From: Candidatus Margulisiibacteriota bacterium
GTDB lineage: Bacteria > Margulisbacteria > WOR-1 > O2-12-FULL-45-9
NCBI GenBank assembly: GCA_041658745.1
Contig: JBAZZP010000002.1
Span: 76,833-140,832 of the forward strand
Length of the DNA: 64,000 nucleotides
Direction of reading: 5' to 3'
The notes beneath the pieces were generated by a model, which ran no database searches, was not told the DNA's origin, and worked only from the letters and a program-made list of their open reading frames with translations. Shown here piece after piece: positions 9,439-19,608 of this stretch. Within the stretch, counting starts at the first letter, position 1; every line of letters begins with the position of its first letter. The position numbers and the translations under genes are program-made.

Positions 9439-10242
9439 TTAGATTACTACAAAAACTTCTTCTAATTTAGAAAAACTTACGGCTGGTTTGATTTCAATCC
9501 GGTAAAAAAGAGATTGTTCGCTTTTCATAATCTTTGTTACGGTGCCGATGGGTATTCCGGAAGGAAAAAGAGTTGAAAGGTTAGAGGTGGTAATGGTATC
9601 TCCAACCGCGATGCTTGCCCCGCTCTGAACATAGCGCATAAATAATTTATTTTGCACGCCACCTTCCACCACCCCAAAATCGCGGCTTTTGGAATTTACT
9701 GCAGCAATTGAGCTGTTAGCATCTAAAATGAGCATTACCTTGGATGAAATTGGGGTTGTTTCAACTACCCTTCCAACCAATCCTTCGCGATAAATAACGG
9801 CGCTTCCCACTTTAACGCCAGAATTGGAACCACGATTTAAACTAAGTACAGTAAACCAAGGAGAAGGACTGCGGCTAATTACCTGGCAGACTATCAAATT
9901 TAAAGCGTAGGGACGGCTTTGCCTAAAGCCCATTTCTGAACGCAGCCTAGAATTTTCGGATGATAATCCATCGTACACCTTGGATTTGGCCTTAAGCAAA
10001 CGCAACTCGGCTCTCAATTGGGCATTTTCCTGCAGTGCCGAAGATAATTTAAAAAGCGAGCTTGGCATTTCTGCTGCCCTGCACCATACAAATGAACCAA
10101 CCGTCTGCAGAGGCCAAACTGCTATTGATAGCGAGGTTCTTAATATATTGGGAGAAATCCAAAGCAATAAACCCGCCAGAAGCAACAAAATACCTGGGAC
10201 AAAAAAGGATCTTCTTTTTTTGTAAGGTCGAATGCTAATCAC
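9439..10242 (-). CDS. mreC: Rod shape-determining protein MreC
   Basis: N-terminal TM, coiled-coil ([11 protein letters not shown]) and a C-terminal beta domain ([21 protein letters not shown]) typical of MreC. Confidence 0.75.
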   Translation of the reverse strand: MISIRPYKKRRSFFVPGILLLLAGLLLWISPNILRTSLSIAVWPLQTVGSFVWCRAAEMPSSLFKLSSALQENAQLRAELRLLKAKSKVYDGLSSENSRLRSEMGFRQSRPYALNLIVCQVISRSPSPWFTVLSLNRGSNSGVKVGSAVIYREGLVGRVVETTPISSKVMLILDANSSIAAVNSKSRDFGVVEGGVQNKLFMRYVQSGASIAVGDTITTSNLSTLFPSGIPIGTVTKIMKSEQSLFYRIEIKPAVSFSKLEEVFVVI

Positions 10243-11285
10243 TGATTGGATCGTTTGGGCATAATTAATACCTTCTTTAAGGTATCAATTTCTTCTAATA
10301 TTTTTCCTGTTCCGTAAGCTACACAAGAAATAGGATCATCTACCACATAAACCGACATATCGGTTTCTTGTGCTAAATGTTTATCCAAACCTCTAAGAAG
10401 TGAACCTCCACCCGCCATTACAATGCCGCGATCCATGATATCGGCAGCTAATTCGGGCGGTGTTCTTTCTAGAGTCATGCGAACGGCATCAACTACGGTG
10501 GTTACTGGATCCGCCAAGGCATCTCTTACTTCAGAAGAGGTCAAAGTTAATGTCTTAGGAAGACCGGTTACCAGATCCCGACCGCGAACCTCAATTGTTC
10601 TTTCTTCGGCAAGAGGATAAGCAGAACCGATATCAATTTTGATTTGTTCGGCGGTTCTTTCACCAATTAATAAATTATAGTTTTTTCGGCAATGGGCCAC
10701 GATGGCTTCATCCATTTCATCCCCTGCGACGCGGATCGATTTTGAAACGACAATGCCTCCCAAGGCTAAAACGGCAACCTCGGTTGTGCCACCGCCGATA
10801 TCAACGATCATGCTGCCTTGTGCTTCAGATACTGGCAAGTTAGCCCCAATTGCTGCTGCCATTGGCTCTTCTACCAAATAGGCTTCGCGGGCGCCGGCAT
10901 GCATCGCAGCATCCAAGACTGCCCGTTTTTCAACCCCAGTTATACCCGAAGGAACCCCAACTACAATGCGCGGTCTTACAAAAGCACTGCGGTTATGGCT
11001 TTTAGTTATAAAATGGCGCAGCATCATTTCAGTAATTTCAAAATCGGCAATAACCCCGTCGCGCATAGGACGAACCGCAACGATATTAGCTGGGGTTCTA
11101 CCCAACATGGCTTTTGCTTCGTTACCGATAGCCAGCGCTTTGTTGGTATCTTTATCTATGGCAACCACAGAGGGTTCGCATAAAATAATTCCCTCTCCCC
11201 TTGCAAAAACCAAGGTTGTGGCTGTTCCAAGATCAATACCTAAATCCCTCGAAAAGTGACCAAAAATCGAATCATACAATCCCAT
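10239..11285 (-). CDS. mreB: Rod shape-determining actin homolog MreB
   Basis: 348 aa. DLGTATTLV phosphate-1 motif, actin/Hsp70 fold signature throughout. GGAGG RBS. Confidence 0.9.
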   Translation of the reverse strand: MGLYDSIFGHFSRDLGIDLGTATTLVFARGEGIILCEPSVVAIDKDTNKALAIGNEAKAMLGRTPANIVAVRPMRDGVIADFEITEMMLRHFITKSHNRSAFVRPRIVVGVPSGITGVEKRAVLDAAMHAGAREAYLVEEPMAAAIGANLPVSEAQGSMIVDIGGGTTEVAVLALGGIVVSKSIRVAGDEMDEAIVAHCRKNYNLLIGERTAEQIKIDIGSAYPLAEERTIEVRGRDLVTGLPKTLTLTSSEVRDALADPVTTVVDAVRMTLERTPPELAADIMDRGIVMAGGGSLLRGLDKHLAQETDMSVYVVDDPISCVAYGTGKILEEIDTLKKVLIMPKRSNQ

Positions 11286-11336
11286 TCTTATTCCTCCTTG
11301 TGCCGAGCTTGTCGAGGCACCTGATACATTAAATTT

Positions 11337-11900
11337 CTACTCAACAATTAATTTAGAACTATACCCTTTTACCTTAAGTGAATTTTGCATAACATTGGCA
11401 AGCTTTTTAGTCTTGTAAGCGCCAACTTGCACTCTCCACCCTGTCCCAACTTTTTTAACATAAGTATCAAACCCATCCCCCAACAATTTTTCAGCCAAAG
11501 CCTTAGCTGAGCTTTGGTCGTAAAAGTAGCCAGCTTGAACTTTATAATAACCAGAACTTTTTGTCCTCACTATCCTTTTTGGGTTAGCAAAAACTGCCAG
11601 TGGTTTATTAATAACCGCTGTGCTTTTTACTGCTTTTAATGGCTGCTTAACTAGTTTTACTTTATTGGTTTGCAGCTTGGCAATTTCGGGCGGGACTTCA
11701 GGAATATCCGACGGAATAATTTTATTAACATTATTGTTTCCACCGTTTAATATCCGCATTCCCAGTTCAAAACTGATCCAAAAACTGCCCACCACCACCA
11801 CAATTAAAACGACAAAGGGAATAAAACCTTTACTGAAATGAAAACGTCTATGCGGAGCAGTTTTATTCTCTAAATTGTCAGTTTCAAAGGGTTCAGACAT
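11337..11900 (-). CDS. SPOR-domain (septal peptidoglycan-binding) membrane protein
   Basis: N-terminal TM. C-terminal SPOR-like domain (YKVQAGYFYDQSSAKALAEKL...GWRVQVGAYKTKKLANVMQ). Confidence 0.55.
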   Translation of the reverse strand: MSEPFETDNLENKTAPHRRFHFSKGFIPFVVLIVVVVGSFWISFELGMRILNGGNNNVNKIIPSDIPEVPPEIAKLQTNKVKLVKQPLKAVKSTAVINKPLAVFANPKRIVRTKSSGYYKVQAGYFYDQSSAKALAEKLLGDGFDTYVKKVGTGWRVQVGAYKTKKLANVMQNSLKVKGYSSKLIVE

Positions 11901-11915
11901 TGAGGTTCAATTTTA

Positions 11916-13226
11916 CTATGCGGCAGCCTTAGCGTCAAGGCATTTTAATGCGTCTGCCACAAGGAACAATGAGCCAGTAATGATGAGTGATGCATTACTA
12001 TATTGCATAAAAGCTTCACTAAAAGAATTTGTCATATAAACCTTGTCAAAATGCTTCCTTGCCCATTGATAGACTTTTCTAGCTTCGGCAGCCTGAGCAT
12101 TGGTTGAGCGGGTGACGATTAGTTGGCCAAATATTGGTTTTAAGAGCATAAGCATTTTTTGATATTCCTTGGTTCTCTGACAGCCAAAGATGAGAGTGAA
12201 TTTCTGTCCATTATACAATTGGTCAATCGTCACCTTGAGCGTTTTTGCTCCAGCAGGGTTGTGTGCCCCATCGAGTATAACCAAAGGCTTTTTTGCAATA
12301 ATTTGAAAGCGACCAGGCCACAGAGTATTTTTAAGTCCTCTTTGAATGGCTCTTTTCGTAACCCTAATTTTAGCGGACTCAATGGTGGCCAGTGCACAAG
12401 CGGCATTGGAGTGCTGGTGTGGGCCTGGGAGACCTAAGTGTATCTTCCAATTTTCTAATTTCCACTTTCTACCGTCTACTTTCTCTCTTCGATTTTCTTT
12501 CTTAATCTCCAGCAAGGCACATCCTTTTTCTTTGCAAGTCTTCCTAATTACTTTTAATGGCTCTGCTTTGTATTCGGCGGTTACAACTGGAACTCCAGGT
12601 TTAATAATCCCGGCCTTTTCTTTGGCAATCTTCGACAATGTGTTTCCTAAAACTTCGGTATGTTCTAAGTCAATATTGGTTATAACCGAAACTAACGGAG
12701 CAATAACATTGGTAGCATCTAGCCGTCCCCCCATCCCCACTTCAACAATAGCATAATCAACTTTTTGCTTAGCAAAATACCAGAAGGCAACGGCAGTTAA
12801 CACTTCAAAAACCGTCGGCTCTCCCGCCTTTAGCCTTCTCCTCCCTTCACGGGCCATCACGGGCCATCTTTTTATTTTTCTTAACCCTTTTTCAAATTCT
12901 CTTTTCGCGATGTTAACTCCGTTTATCTTAATTCTCTCGGTGTAGTCTAGTAAATGGGGTGAAGTATAGAGCCCCACCTTATAGCCGTCTTCTTTTAAGA
13001 TTGAAGCGACCATAGCTGCTGTTGAACCTTTTCCGTTAGTTCCAGCAATATGAATAGATTTGAATTTGGTTTGTGGATTGCCTAATTGTTGGAGGAGGTT
13101 CGCAATTCTTTCCAGTCCGAGATTAATCCCAAACTTTTCGAGTGAATCAAGGTAAGGATATTGGCTCATTTTAAACAAGCAACGAATAAATAAAATTAAC
13201 CACTCCAAATAGAAGGGGAGATCCAA
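11916..13226 (-). CDS. folC: Folylpolyglutamate synthase / dihydrofolate synthase
   Basis: Mur-ligase P-loop IHIAGTNGKGST and the FolC middle and C-terminal domains. Contains a copy of the 22-nt GC-rich repeat in the coding sequence (12845-12865). Confidence 0.8.
   Translation of the reverse strand: MDLPFYLEWLILFIRCLFKMSQYPYLDSLEKFGINLGLERIANLLQQLGNPQTKFKSIHIAGTNGKGSTAAMVASILKEDGYKVGLYTSPHLLDYTERIKINGVNIAKREFEKGLRKIKRWPVMAREGRRRLKAGEPTVFEVLTAVAFWYFAKQKVDYAIVEVGMGGRLDATNVIAPLVSVITNIDLEHTEVLGNTLSKIAKEKAGIIKPGVPVVTAEYKAEPLKVIRKTCKEKGCALLEIKKENRREKVDGRKWKLENWKIHLGLPGPHQHSNAACALATIESAKIRVTKRAIQRGLKNTLWPGRFQIIAKKPLVILDGAHNPAGAKTLKVTIDQLYNGQKFTLIFGCQRTKEYQKMLMLLKPIFGQLIVTRSTNAQAAEARKVYQWARKHFDKVYMTNSFSEAFMQYSNASLIITGSLFLVADALKCLDAKAAA
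12845..12865. repeat. Dispersed 22-nt GC-rich repeat, copy 2 (inside folC coding sequence)
   Basis: CTTCACGGGCCATCACGGGCC. Encodes WPVMAREG in FolC. Confidence 0.55.
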
Positions 13227-13746
13227 ACATGATAAAGACTAACAAAATTATAAGGCCATTTTGCCGCAAAAATTCCATGTAGCGATAAGGGATAAATTGG
13301 TCGAAGATTTTGGAACCATCCAGTGGCGGGATAGGAATTAAGTTGAATACTGCCAAAGCGATGTTTATCCAAATGGCGTAATCTAGTACTTGCCGGACAA
13401 CAGAATATTCAGCTAGCGGAACGTTTTTAAAAATGACTGCTAATACCCAGGCGGCAAAGAAATTGGAAAGTGGCCCGGCTAAACTAACCAGCATAGTTCC
13501 CTGACGAACGTTCTTAAAATTATAGGGGTTAATTGGAACTGGTTTAGCCCAGCCGAAACGAACCAGGATTAAGGCCAAAAAACCAATCGGATCAATATGG
13601 CTAATGGGATTTAAAGTTAAACGTCCCGCTAAACGAGGAGTAGGATCCCCTAACCTATCTGCAACCAATGCATGCGCAAACTCGTGAATAGTGATGGTAA
13701 CTAACAATATTGGCAGCGAGATTAAGAGGAATTCTAGGCTGAACAT
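13171..13746 (-). CDS. Site-2 protease family zinc metallopeptidase (M50)
   Basis: 191 aa membrane protein with HEFAH (HExxH) in TM1 and downstream conserved residues. Overlaps the folC 5' end by about 56 nt, so either start may need adjusting. Confidence 0.65.
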   Translation of the reverse strand: MFSLEFLLISLPILLVTITIHEFAHALVADRLGDPTPRLAGRLTLNPISHIDPIGFLALILVRFGWAKPVPINPYNFKNVRQGTMLVSLAGPLSNFFAAWVLAVIFKNVPLAEYSVVRQVLDYAIWINIALAVFNLIPIPPLDGSKIFDQFIPYRYMEFLRQNGLIILLVFIMFGSPLLFGVVNFIYSLLV

Positions 13747-13763
13747 ATGTTAATTATACACCA

Positions 13764-14639
13764 TCAAGCACGGGGATGGGCTTTTAAATACATCCTTTTA
13801 AGCCTTTCCCGAGAAACTGACGTATAGATTTGGGTGGTGGCAATATCCGCATGTCCTAGCATTTCTTGCACCGAGCGCAAATCGGCACCCTTTTCCAGTA
13901 AATGGGTGGCAAAAGAATGGCGCAAAGTGTGGGGTGAAGTTTTGCCTTTGACGCCGGTGCTTTTGACGTATTTTTTGATTGTTAACCAGATTCCTTGCCG
14001 CGACAGGCGCTGGCCGTTTTTATCTAAAAACAAGGCCTTATCATCGTGCTGTGGAAACAAGGGGCGGGCTTTTTCCAGATAAACTTTAATGGCAGCTAGT
14101 GCCGTTTTATTGATTGGCACAATCCGCTCTTTTGAACCTTTACCAAAGCATTTTACAAAAGAAACTGCTAGGTTGATATCGGATACATTTAGAACAACTA
14201 TTTCAGAAGCTCTCATCCCAGTGGCATACAGCAACTCAAGTAACGCAGCATCTCTCCAGGCAATAAAATTATGTTCCCGAGGAGCAGCAATTAGCTTAAT
14301 AGTTTCACTAATACTCAGCGCTTTAGGTAGCCGCTTCGCTTTCTTGGGTAATCTAAAATCGCCAGTGGGATCATTGCTAACCGTCCCTTCTCTTTGCAAA
14401 AAATGGAAGAATGATTTGAGGCAAGCTAGTTTTCGTTCTATCGATGGGACCGAGTAGCCTTTATCCGATAAATGTTCCAAATAGGTTTTTATGCTCTCTC
14501 TACCAATTTTGGCAATGGCAGCATCATTAACATATTTTTGAAATTGCCGCAAATCCCGTCCATACGATTGTTCGGTATTACTAGAATAGCCGCGTTCAAT
14601 TATAATAAAGCTTAAAAATTCCTTTATGGATTCTTCCAT
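13764..14639 (-). CDS. xerD: Tyrosine site-specific recombinase XerD
   Basis: C-terminal catalytic motifs HTLRHSFATHLL...GADLRSVQEMLGHADIATTQIYT (R-H-R-Y). Housekeeping gene context, so a dif recombinase rather than a phage integrase. Confidence 0.75.
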   Translation of the reverse strand: MEESIKEFLSFIIIERGYSSNTEQSYGRDLRQFQKYVNDAAIAKIGRESIKTYLEHLSDKGYSVPSIERKLACLKSFFHFLQREGTVSNDPTGDFRLPKKAKRLPKALSISETIKLIAAPREHNFIAWRDAALLELLYATGMRASEIVVLNVSDINLAVSFVKCFGKGSKERIVPINKTALAAIKVYLEKARPLFPQHDDKALFLDKNGQRLSRQGIWLTIKKYVKSTGVKGKTSPHTLRHSFATHLLEKGADLRSVQEMLGHADIATTQIYTSVSRERLKRMYLKAHPRA

Positions 14640-14642
14640 AGA

Positions 14643-15191
14643 TTAAAGCTCACCGCGGATAAACCAATCGGCAATCTGGATGCCCAGCATGGTTTTTAGG
14701 TCTTTGATTTGGCCATGTTTTAGCATCGACAGGCAAGCTTCAAAATCAACTAAATCAACTTCAATAAATTCATCCGGATCGGTTTTTTGCTGCATCAAAT
14801 TAAGATCAAGCGCCAAATAAAACTGAATTAATTCATTTGAGTATCCCGGAGTAGCAAATCCTTGCCAGATTTTTTTTACCTTTTTAGCATGATAACCTGT
14901 TTCTTCTGCCAATTCGCGGCGGGCGCAATCCTCTCCCGACTCACCCTTATTTACACAGCCAGCAGGTATTTCGAGTAAGATTTCTCCGGTTGCCTGTCGG
15001 TATTGTCGAACCAAAACCAGCTCATTATCTTTGGTAATTGCTACTACCGCAACCGCTCCCGGATGTTCAATGACTTCGCGCTGTGCTTCTTTGCCGTCAG
15101 CCAGTTCCACCGTATCAATTCTTAAGTTTAATAAGCGACCTGAATAGATGAGCTTACGGGATTTTTCTTTGTCAATTTTATGTTTATGCAT
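14643..15191 (-). CDS. NUDIX hydrolase (ADP-ribose pyrophosphatase-like)
   Basis: Nudix box G...E.CARRELAEETG present. Confidence 0.7.
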   Translation of the reverse strand: MHKHKIDKEKSRKLIYSGRLLNLRIDTVELADGKEAQREVIEHPGAVAVVAITKDNELVLVRQYRQATGEILLEIPAGCVNKGESGEDCARRELAEETGYHAKKVKKIWQGFATPGYSNELIQFYLALDLNLMQQKTDPDEFIEVDLVDFEACLSMLKHGQIKDLKTMLGIQIADWFIRGEL

Positions 15192-16299
15192 GCTTGTTGG
15201 CTTCTTTGATTAATTCAAATAAAATCTTGGTACCATTGATCAAATCCAAAATGGCAATCTGCTCGGCCGTTGAGTGAATGTTGTGGGCGCCAACGCCCAT
15301 GATAATTGATGGAATGCCCAAAGCATTAAAGATATTTGCATCTGATCCGCCCCCAGTTCGATCGAGAAGAGGTTCAAAACCAGCTTTTGCAACCGCTTTT
15401 TGGGCCATGACTACAATTTTTTTACATGGATCAATTTGAAAAGCTTTGTACATGTGAGTAGTTTTGATGCTGGTTGTGGCATTATGTTTGGCACATGTTT
15501 TTTTTAATACCTGTTCCATATGCTTTATTTGTTTATTTAGTTTATAAACTTGATGGCTACGAGCTTCTCCTTGCAATTCGACTTCATCCGGAACAATATT
15601 GGTGGCCGTCCCACCCTGAATGATCCCAATATTAGCAGTAGTTTCAAAATCAATCCTTCCCAGCTTCATTTTGGTTACCGCTTCACTAGCGGCTTTAATG
15701 GCGCTTACTCCTTCTTCTGGCCTAATACCAGCATGGGCGGCCTTTCCGTGTACTTTGGCGATAAGATTGATTTGTGATGGAGCCTGCAGAATGATTTTGT
15801 TGATTGTTCCACCATCCATCACAATTCCAAAATCGGCTTTGATAGATTGTTTTGGCAAAGATCTAGAACCAAATAGCCCCATTTCTTCGCAGACCGTAAA
15901 AATAATTTGCAGCGGTGGATGATTTAGGCGCTTTTCATGGAGGACTTTTAAAACTTCAAGGATGGCCGCAACTCCGGCTTTATTATCGGCTCCCAAGACC
16001 GTTTTTCCATCCGAATAAATATATCCTTTCCGTTCGACCGGTTTTACTCCAATTCCGGGACTAACCGTATCGACATGGGCATTTAATAGCAGCCTTGGAC
16101 CTTGGCAATTTCGGCCCGGTATAGTTGCGAGCAAATTTCCCGCTTCTCCTCCATCCGGCTTTCCGGCTTGCATGGTTTTTATGCCAAGGGAATTTAGCTC
16201 TTTTTTTAGATAAGCGATAACCTTGCCTTCTTTCAGAGAAAGGCTGTCAATGCGGACTAGCTTTTTAAAGCTTTTGATTACTCTTTTATTGTTGATCAT
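15184..16299 (-). CDS. M20-family metallopeptidase (peptidase T/tripeptidase-like)
   Basis: HVDTV metal-binding motif and an M20 dimerisation-domain pattern. 371 aa. Confidence 0.55.
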   Translation of the reverse strand: MINNKRVIKSFKKLVRIDSLSLKEGKVIAYLKKELNSLGIKTMQAGKPDGGEAGNLLATIPGRNCQGPRLLLNAHVDTVSPGIGVKPVERKGYIYSDGKTVLGADNKAGVAAILEVLKVLHEKRLNHPPLQIIFTVCEEMGLFGSRSLPKQSIKADFGIVMDGGTINKIILQAPSQINLIAKVHGKAAHAGIRPEEGVSAIKAASEAVTKMKLGRIDFETTANIGIIQGGTATNIVPDEVELQGEARSHQVYKLNKQIKHMEQVLKKTCAKHNATTSIKTTHMYKAFQIDPCKKIVVMAQKAVAKAGFEPLLDRTGGGSDANIFNALGIPSIIMGVGAHNIHSTAEQIAILDLINGTKILFELIKEANKHA

Positions 16300-16322
16300 A
16301 AGTTCTAATATTATCTACCTTA

Positions 16323-16456
16323 GAAATGGGGTAATTCGAAGTGAGAGGTGAGTTAGGAAATAAGATATGGGAAGTGAGATTCTGAATTATTACTTTTCCT
16401 ACCTCTAACTTCACACTTCTTTTCTCACTTCCCATTTCCAATTACCTCACTTCTAA
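16323..16456. repeat. About 130-bp imperfect palindrome built from GAAGTGAG / CTCACTTC words
   Basis: The left half has GAAGTGAG, GAGGTGAG and GGGAAGTGAGA on the top strand. The right half has the complements TCTCACTTCCC, CCTCACTTC and AATTACC (vs GGTAATT), so long-range stem pairing is possible. Intergenic between the thiL stop and the peptidase start. Confidence 0.4.
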
Positions 16457-16462
16457 ATCTCA

Positions 16463-17413
16463 TCATCTAAAATGCTCATACCCACCATTTTTTAGCTTAA
16501 TTCTGTTTCCCAAGCTATTCTCCAATCTAATCCCCTTCCCCACAATCTCCCCAACTATACTGATTCTAGAGCGTAGTTTTTTCCAAAGCAAGGATTTAAG
16601 TTTATTAGCTTTTGTCTTAGGAACCGTAAAGACTAGTTCGTATTCTTCGCCACCATACAAAGCTTGCTCCAAATTGGCACCAAAGGCAATGGGAACCAAA
16701 TCTGGATTGATTCTAGCCCCAATCTTACTGGCGCGACAAATCTCGCTAACCGAGCGAACCAGTCCGTCGCTGGAGTCGATCATGGCTGAAGCAAGTCGAG
16801 ACTTTGCAATAATCCGCGCGTCCCTACACCTATTTTCTATTTTCGATTTTCTAATATCAAACCTTCTAACCGCTTCCCCCCCAAATTTACCGGTAACCAG
16901 TATAACGTCCCCCACTTTAGCTCCGGAGCGAGTTAGCATGTATTGTTTTTCCACTTCTCCCAGCAATGTAATACTGATCATCAATCCCAGAGGTGATGAA
17001 ACCGTGTCGCCACCAATGATTTGAATATTATGCTTTTTGGCCAAGGAGAGCATTCCGCGGTAAAGTGCTGTAATAGCTTCGACTGAAGTATTCTTCTTTG
17101 CTCCAATCGTCACCACCGCAAAGGTTGGCCATCCTCCCATCGCTGCAATGTCAGAAATATTAGCCGCCATAGCTTTCTTGCCCAAGACCTTATATTCTGC
17201 GATATCGTTGTGGAGTTTAAAATGAACTTTTTCAACTAGCGTATCTGTCGTGATTAAACAATATGTCCCAGTTTTCCTGATCCCCCGGTCCCCTGATCCC
17301 CCAATTACCGCGCAGTCATCCCCTACGCCAATTACTACCGGCTGCCGTGCTTTTCCGATTAGTTTTGAGAGGTTTTGAATGAGACCAAATTCACCAATGC
17401 TAGATAATTTCAC
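16463..17413 (-). CDS. thiL: Thiamine-monophosphate kinase (PurM-like)
   Basis: GDDCAV motif and PurM-like N and C domains, about 316 aa. Carries an extra GGSGDRGIR loop encoded by the repeat GGGGGATCAGGGGACCGGGGGATCAGG. Confidence 0.55.
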   Translation of the reverse strand: MKLSSIGEFGLIQNLSKLIGKARQPVVIGVGDDCAVIGGSGDRGIRKTGTYCLITTDTLVEKVHFKLHNDIAEYKVLGKKAMAANISDIAAMGGWPTFAVVTIGAKKNTSVEAITALYRGMLSLAKKHNIQIIGGDTVSSPLGLMISITLLGEVEKQYMLTRSGAKVGDVILVTGKFGGEAVRRFDIRKSKIENRCRDARIIAKSRLASAMIDSSDGLVRSVSEICRASKIGARINPDLVPIAFGANLEQALYGGEEYELVFTVPKTKANKLKSLLWKKLRSRISIVGEIVGKGIRLENSLGNRIKLKNGGYEHFR

Positions 17414-17427
17414 GTTAGACCATTATA

Positions 17428-19527
17428 TTACAAATCATAGGAGCGTGAATACATAAGATCTTTTGGATCGCGGTTATAATATGTGACATGAATACAGCCA
17501 GTGGAATCAAGCTTTAGTGAAAGCCAGCGGCCTACGTTAAAGAAAGAAGAATCTATAGTGCTCGTTTCCCAAGAGCCCGAAGCATTTGAAGCAAGCATTA
17601 CGTTGCCATTATCATTATCGTACCAAGCAATATAGACGTTTCTGCTAGGAGTAACCGCAATCGATGTGCCTTGGCAATCAACACTGCTGACTGCCGTAAC
17701 AGTTTCCCAGGAACTAGAAATATTTGTAGCATATTTTATGGAAATATTTGCGGCATCAGTCGCATCGCCATAACTTATATGTATTTTATCATTCGAATCA
17801 ACTGACAGTGAAGAGTATTGCCCAACTGCCCCGCTAGCATCAACTGTGGTTACCGTCCAATCAGAACTAAGTTCTTTAATCGCATATTTTAAGCAAGCAT
17901 CTGTGGCATCATAGAAACTCACATTTGCCTGCCCATTAGAATTTATATCAAGAGAAGCCCACTCGCCTTCAGATATTCCGGATAAACTTTCAACATAACT
18001 TGTTGGCCAGCTGCCACCACCCTTTGTTGTAAATTTTAATTTTTTTAAAGTAGTATCATAATATGTAACCGAAGGATTATCTCCCTGAATGGCTAAGGAT
18101 GTATATTTGCCAACATCAGAACTCGTACTATCAATTGCTGATTTTATCCAGGTTAAGCTTCCGGCTTCCATTGAGGCGATTTTTAAATTTGTATTACCCA
18201 AATCATAGTAACTGATATATACATTTCCACTATTTCCTACTCCGATAGAAGAGTATTGTCCGACTCCTGTACCAGCATCGACTTCGAAAGTAGTCCAGTG
18301 GCTAGCTTCCCCTGTTGCATATCTCAACCAGCCATCTCCTGAAGGGTTTGAGGCATAATAACTTATGTGGCAAATATCATCATTATCTATAGCTAGGGAG
18401 GTGTATTCCCCACAATTTCCTGTTGTATCAACATTCTGGTTAACATACTGAGCTGGGCTTATAGTACTAAATTGAAAAGAGGCAGTAGTGCCAAATGTGT
18501 TGCCCACATAATCACGAACTGAGGCATCGATGGAACAAACATAGGTAGCGTTGTAATCATAATATGGAATCGTAGTGATATTGGGCGTAAAGGTAAGAGT
18601 ACGAGTAGTGGGAGCATAGCTAACTTCGCCAGAAATCACCCCACCATTAATACTGGATACGTGAAAAGTTGAAGAATTTATCGTTGCTGCTTCCATCGTC
18701 TTTGAAAATACAACTAAAATTGTTGAAGGGGTTCTCGAGATGCTAGTTGCCCCATTTGTTGGAGAACAAGATTCAATGGAGGGAGGAGTTAAATCGATAC
18801 TAAAAGTTTCAGTCGATGAAAAGGTTCCCCAGTTATTGGCCCTGTCTTTGGCTCTTACTTTCCAAGAGTGTGCTCCATTTGCTAAATTAGAAACGGGTTC
18901 ATAGGTTGTAATTGATCCAATTACCATCCCATCTACAACCGAATCGATAGTTACTTCGTAGGTAGCAATGCCCGCTACATCCGGCACAGCATTCCATGAA
19001 AAAATCGGTCTGGCTTCATTGGTGGCTTCATTGCCGATAGGGCGAATTAATGTTGGTGCTTCGGGTGAAGTAAAATCAACCAAAAACCTCCAAGGAACAC
19101 TTTGGTCTCCCCATACTTCATTGCTGGCCTTAGCACGTACAGTCCAAAAATAATTACTTTCAATGAGGATCCCAGTTTCCCAGCTAGTAATGGCCCCTTG
19201 TGTGGTTATGATTGTTTCAGAGGGGGTAAATTCATGGGTAGTAGAAAAAGTAACCTCATAACTAACAATCGAATCTGTTTCAACCGAAGGCGGATCCCAA
19301 ACCAAAAACACATTTGAATGATTCGTTCTGGCTAAGTTAGGCGGTGATAATAAGATCGGTGCAGAGGGAGAAAGAGTGGTGGTGGTACTAGTAGATGTTG
19401 TGGTGGTTGTCCCAGTTGCGGTAGTGGTAGTTGTATCATCAGGTGCCTTCCTTCCACAGCCCACAACAAACGAAAAAACAAGGATTGAAATAAATAAAAT
19501 GCTAGATAGTGCGGTAAATTTCTTCAC
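17428..19527 (-). CDS. Large surface lipoprotein with Thr-rich linker, Fn3/Ig-like domains and a C-terminal repeat domain
   Basis: Lipobox VVGCG followed by a Thr-rich stretch, three Fn3-like modules (W..P pattern) and repeated Y.SLAI / Y.SL.. units suggesting a beta-propeller. Confidence 0.45.
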   Translation of the reverse strand: MKKFTALSSILFISILVFSFVVGCGRKAPDDTTTTTATGTTTTTSTSTTTTLSPSAPILLSPPNLARTNHSNVFLVWDPPSVETDSIVSYEVTFSTTHEFTPSETIITTQGAITSWETGILIESNYFWTVRAKASNEVWGDQSVPWRFLVDFTSPEAPTLIRPIGNEATNEARPIFSWNAVPDVAGIATYEVTIDSVVDGMVIGSITTYEPVSNLANGAHSWKVRAKDRANNWGTFSSTETFSIDLTPPSIESCSPTNGATSISRTPSTILVVFSKTMEAATINSSTFHVSSINGGVISGEVSYAPTTRTLTFTPNITTIPYYDYNATYVCSIDASVRDYVGNTFGTTASFQFSTISPAQYVNQNVDTTGNCGEYTSLAIDNDDICHISYYASNPSGDGWLRYATGEASHWTTFEVDAGTGVGQYSSIGVGNSGNVYISYYDLGNTNLKIASMEAGSLTWIKSAIDSTSSDVGKYTSLAIQGDNPSVTYYDTTLKKLKFTTKGGGSWPTSYVESLSGISEGEWASLDINSNGQANVSFYDATDACLKYAIKELSSDWTVTTVDASGAVGQYSSLSVDSNDKIHISYGDATDAANISIKYATNISSSWETVTAVSSVDCQGTSIAVTPSRNVYIAWYDNDNGNVMLASNASGSWETSTIDSSFFNVGRWLSLKLDSTGCIHVTYYNRDPKDLMYSRSYDL

Positions 19528-19561
19528 GCAGTAATTATTGCAAAAGCAGCTAAATAAGTCA

Positions 19562-19602
19562 ATAAAAAACTCACCCCCTGCCAGACAAGCGAGAGGGTGA
19601 GT
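19562..19602 (-). terminator. Rho-independent terminator after the 19609-20133 gene
   Basis: 8-bp stem ACTCACCC / GGGTGAGT followed by a U-run on the minus transcript. Confidence 0.45.
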
Positions 19603-19608
19603 TAAAAA

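Noticed and set aside
13764-14639. Tyrosine recombinase as a marker of an integrated mobile element
   Set aside because: Sequence is XerD-like, and it sits among folC, the M50 protease and a NUDIX gene with no phage or IS genes nearby. It is the chromosomal dif recombinase rather than an integrase.
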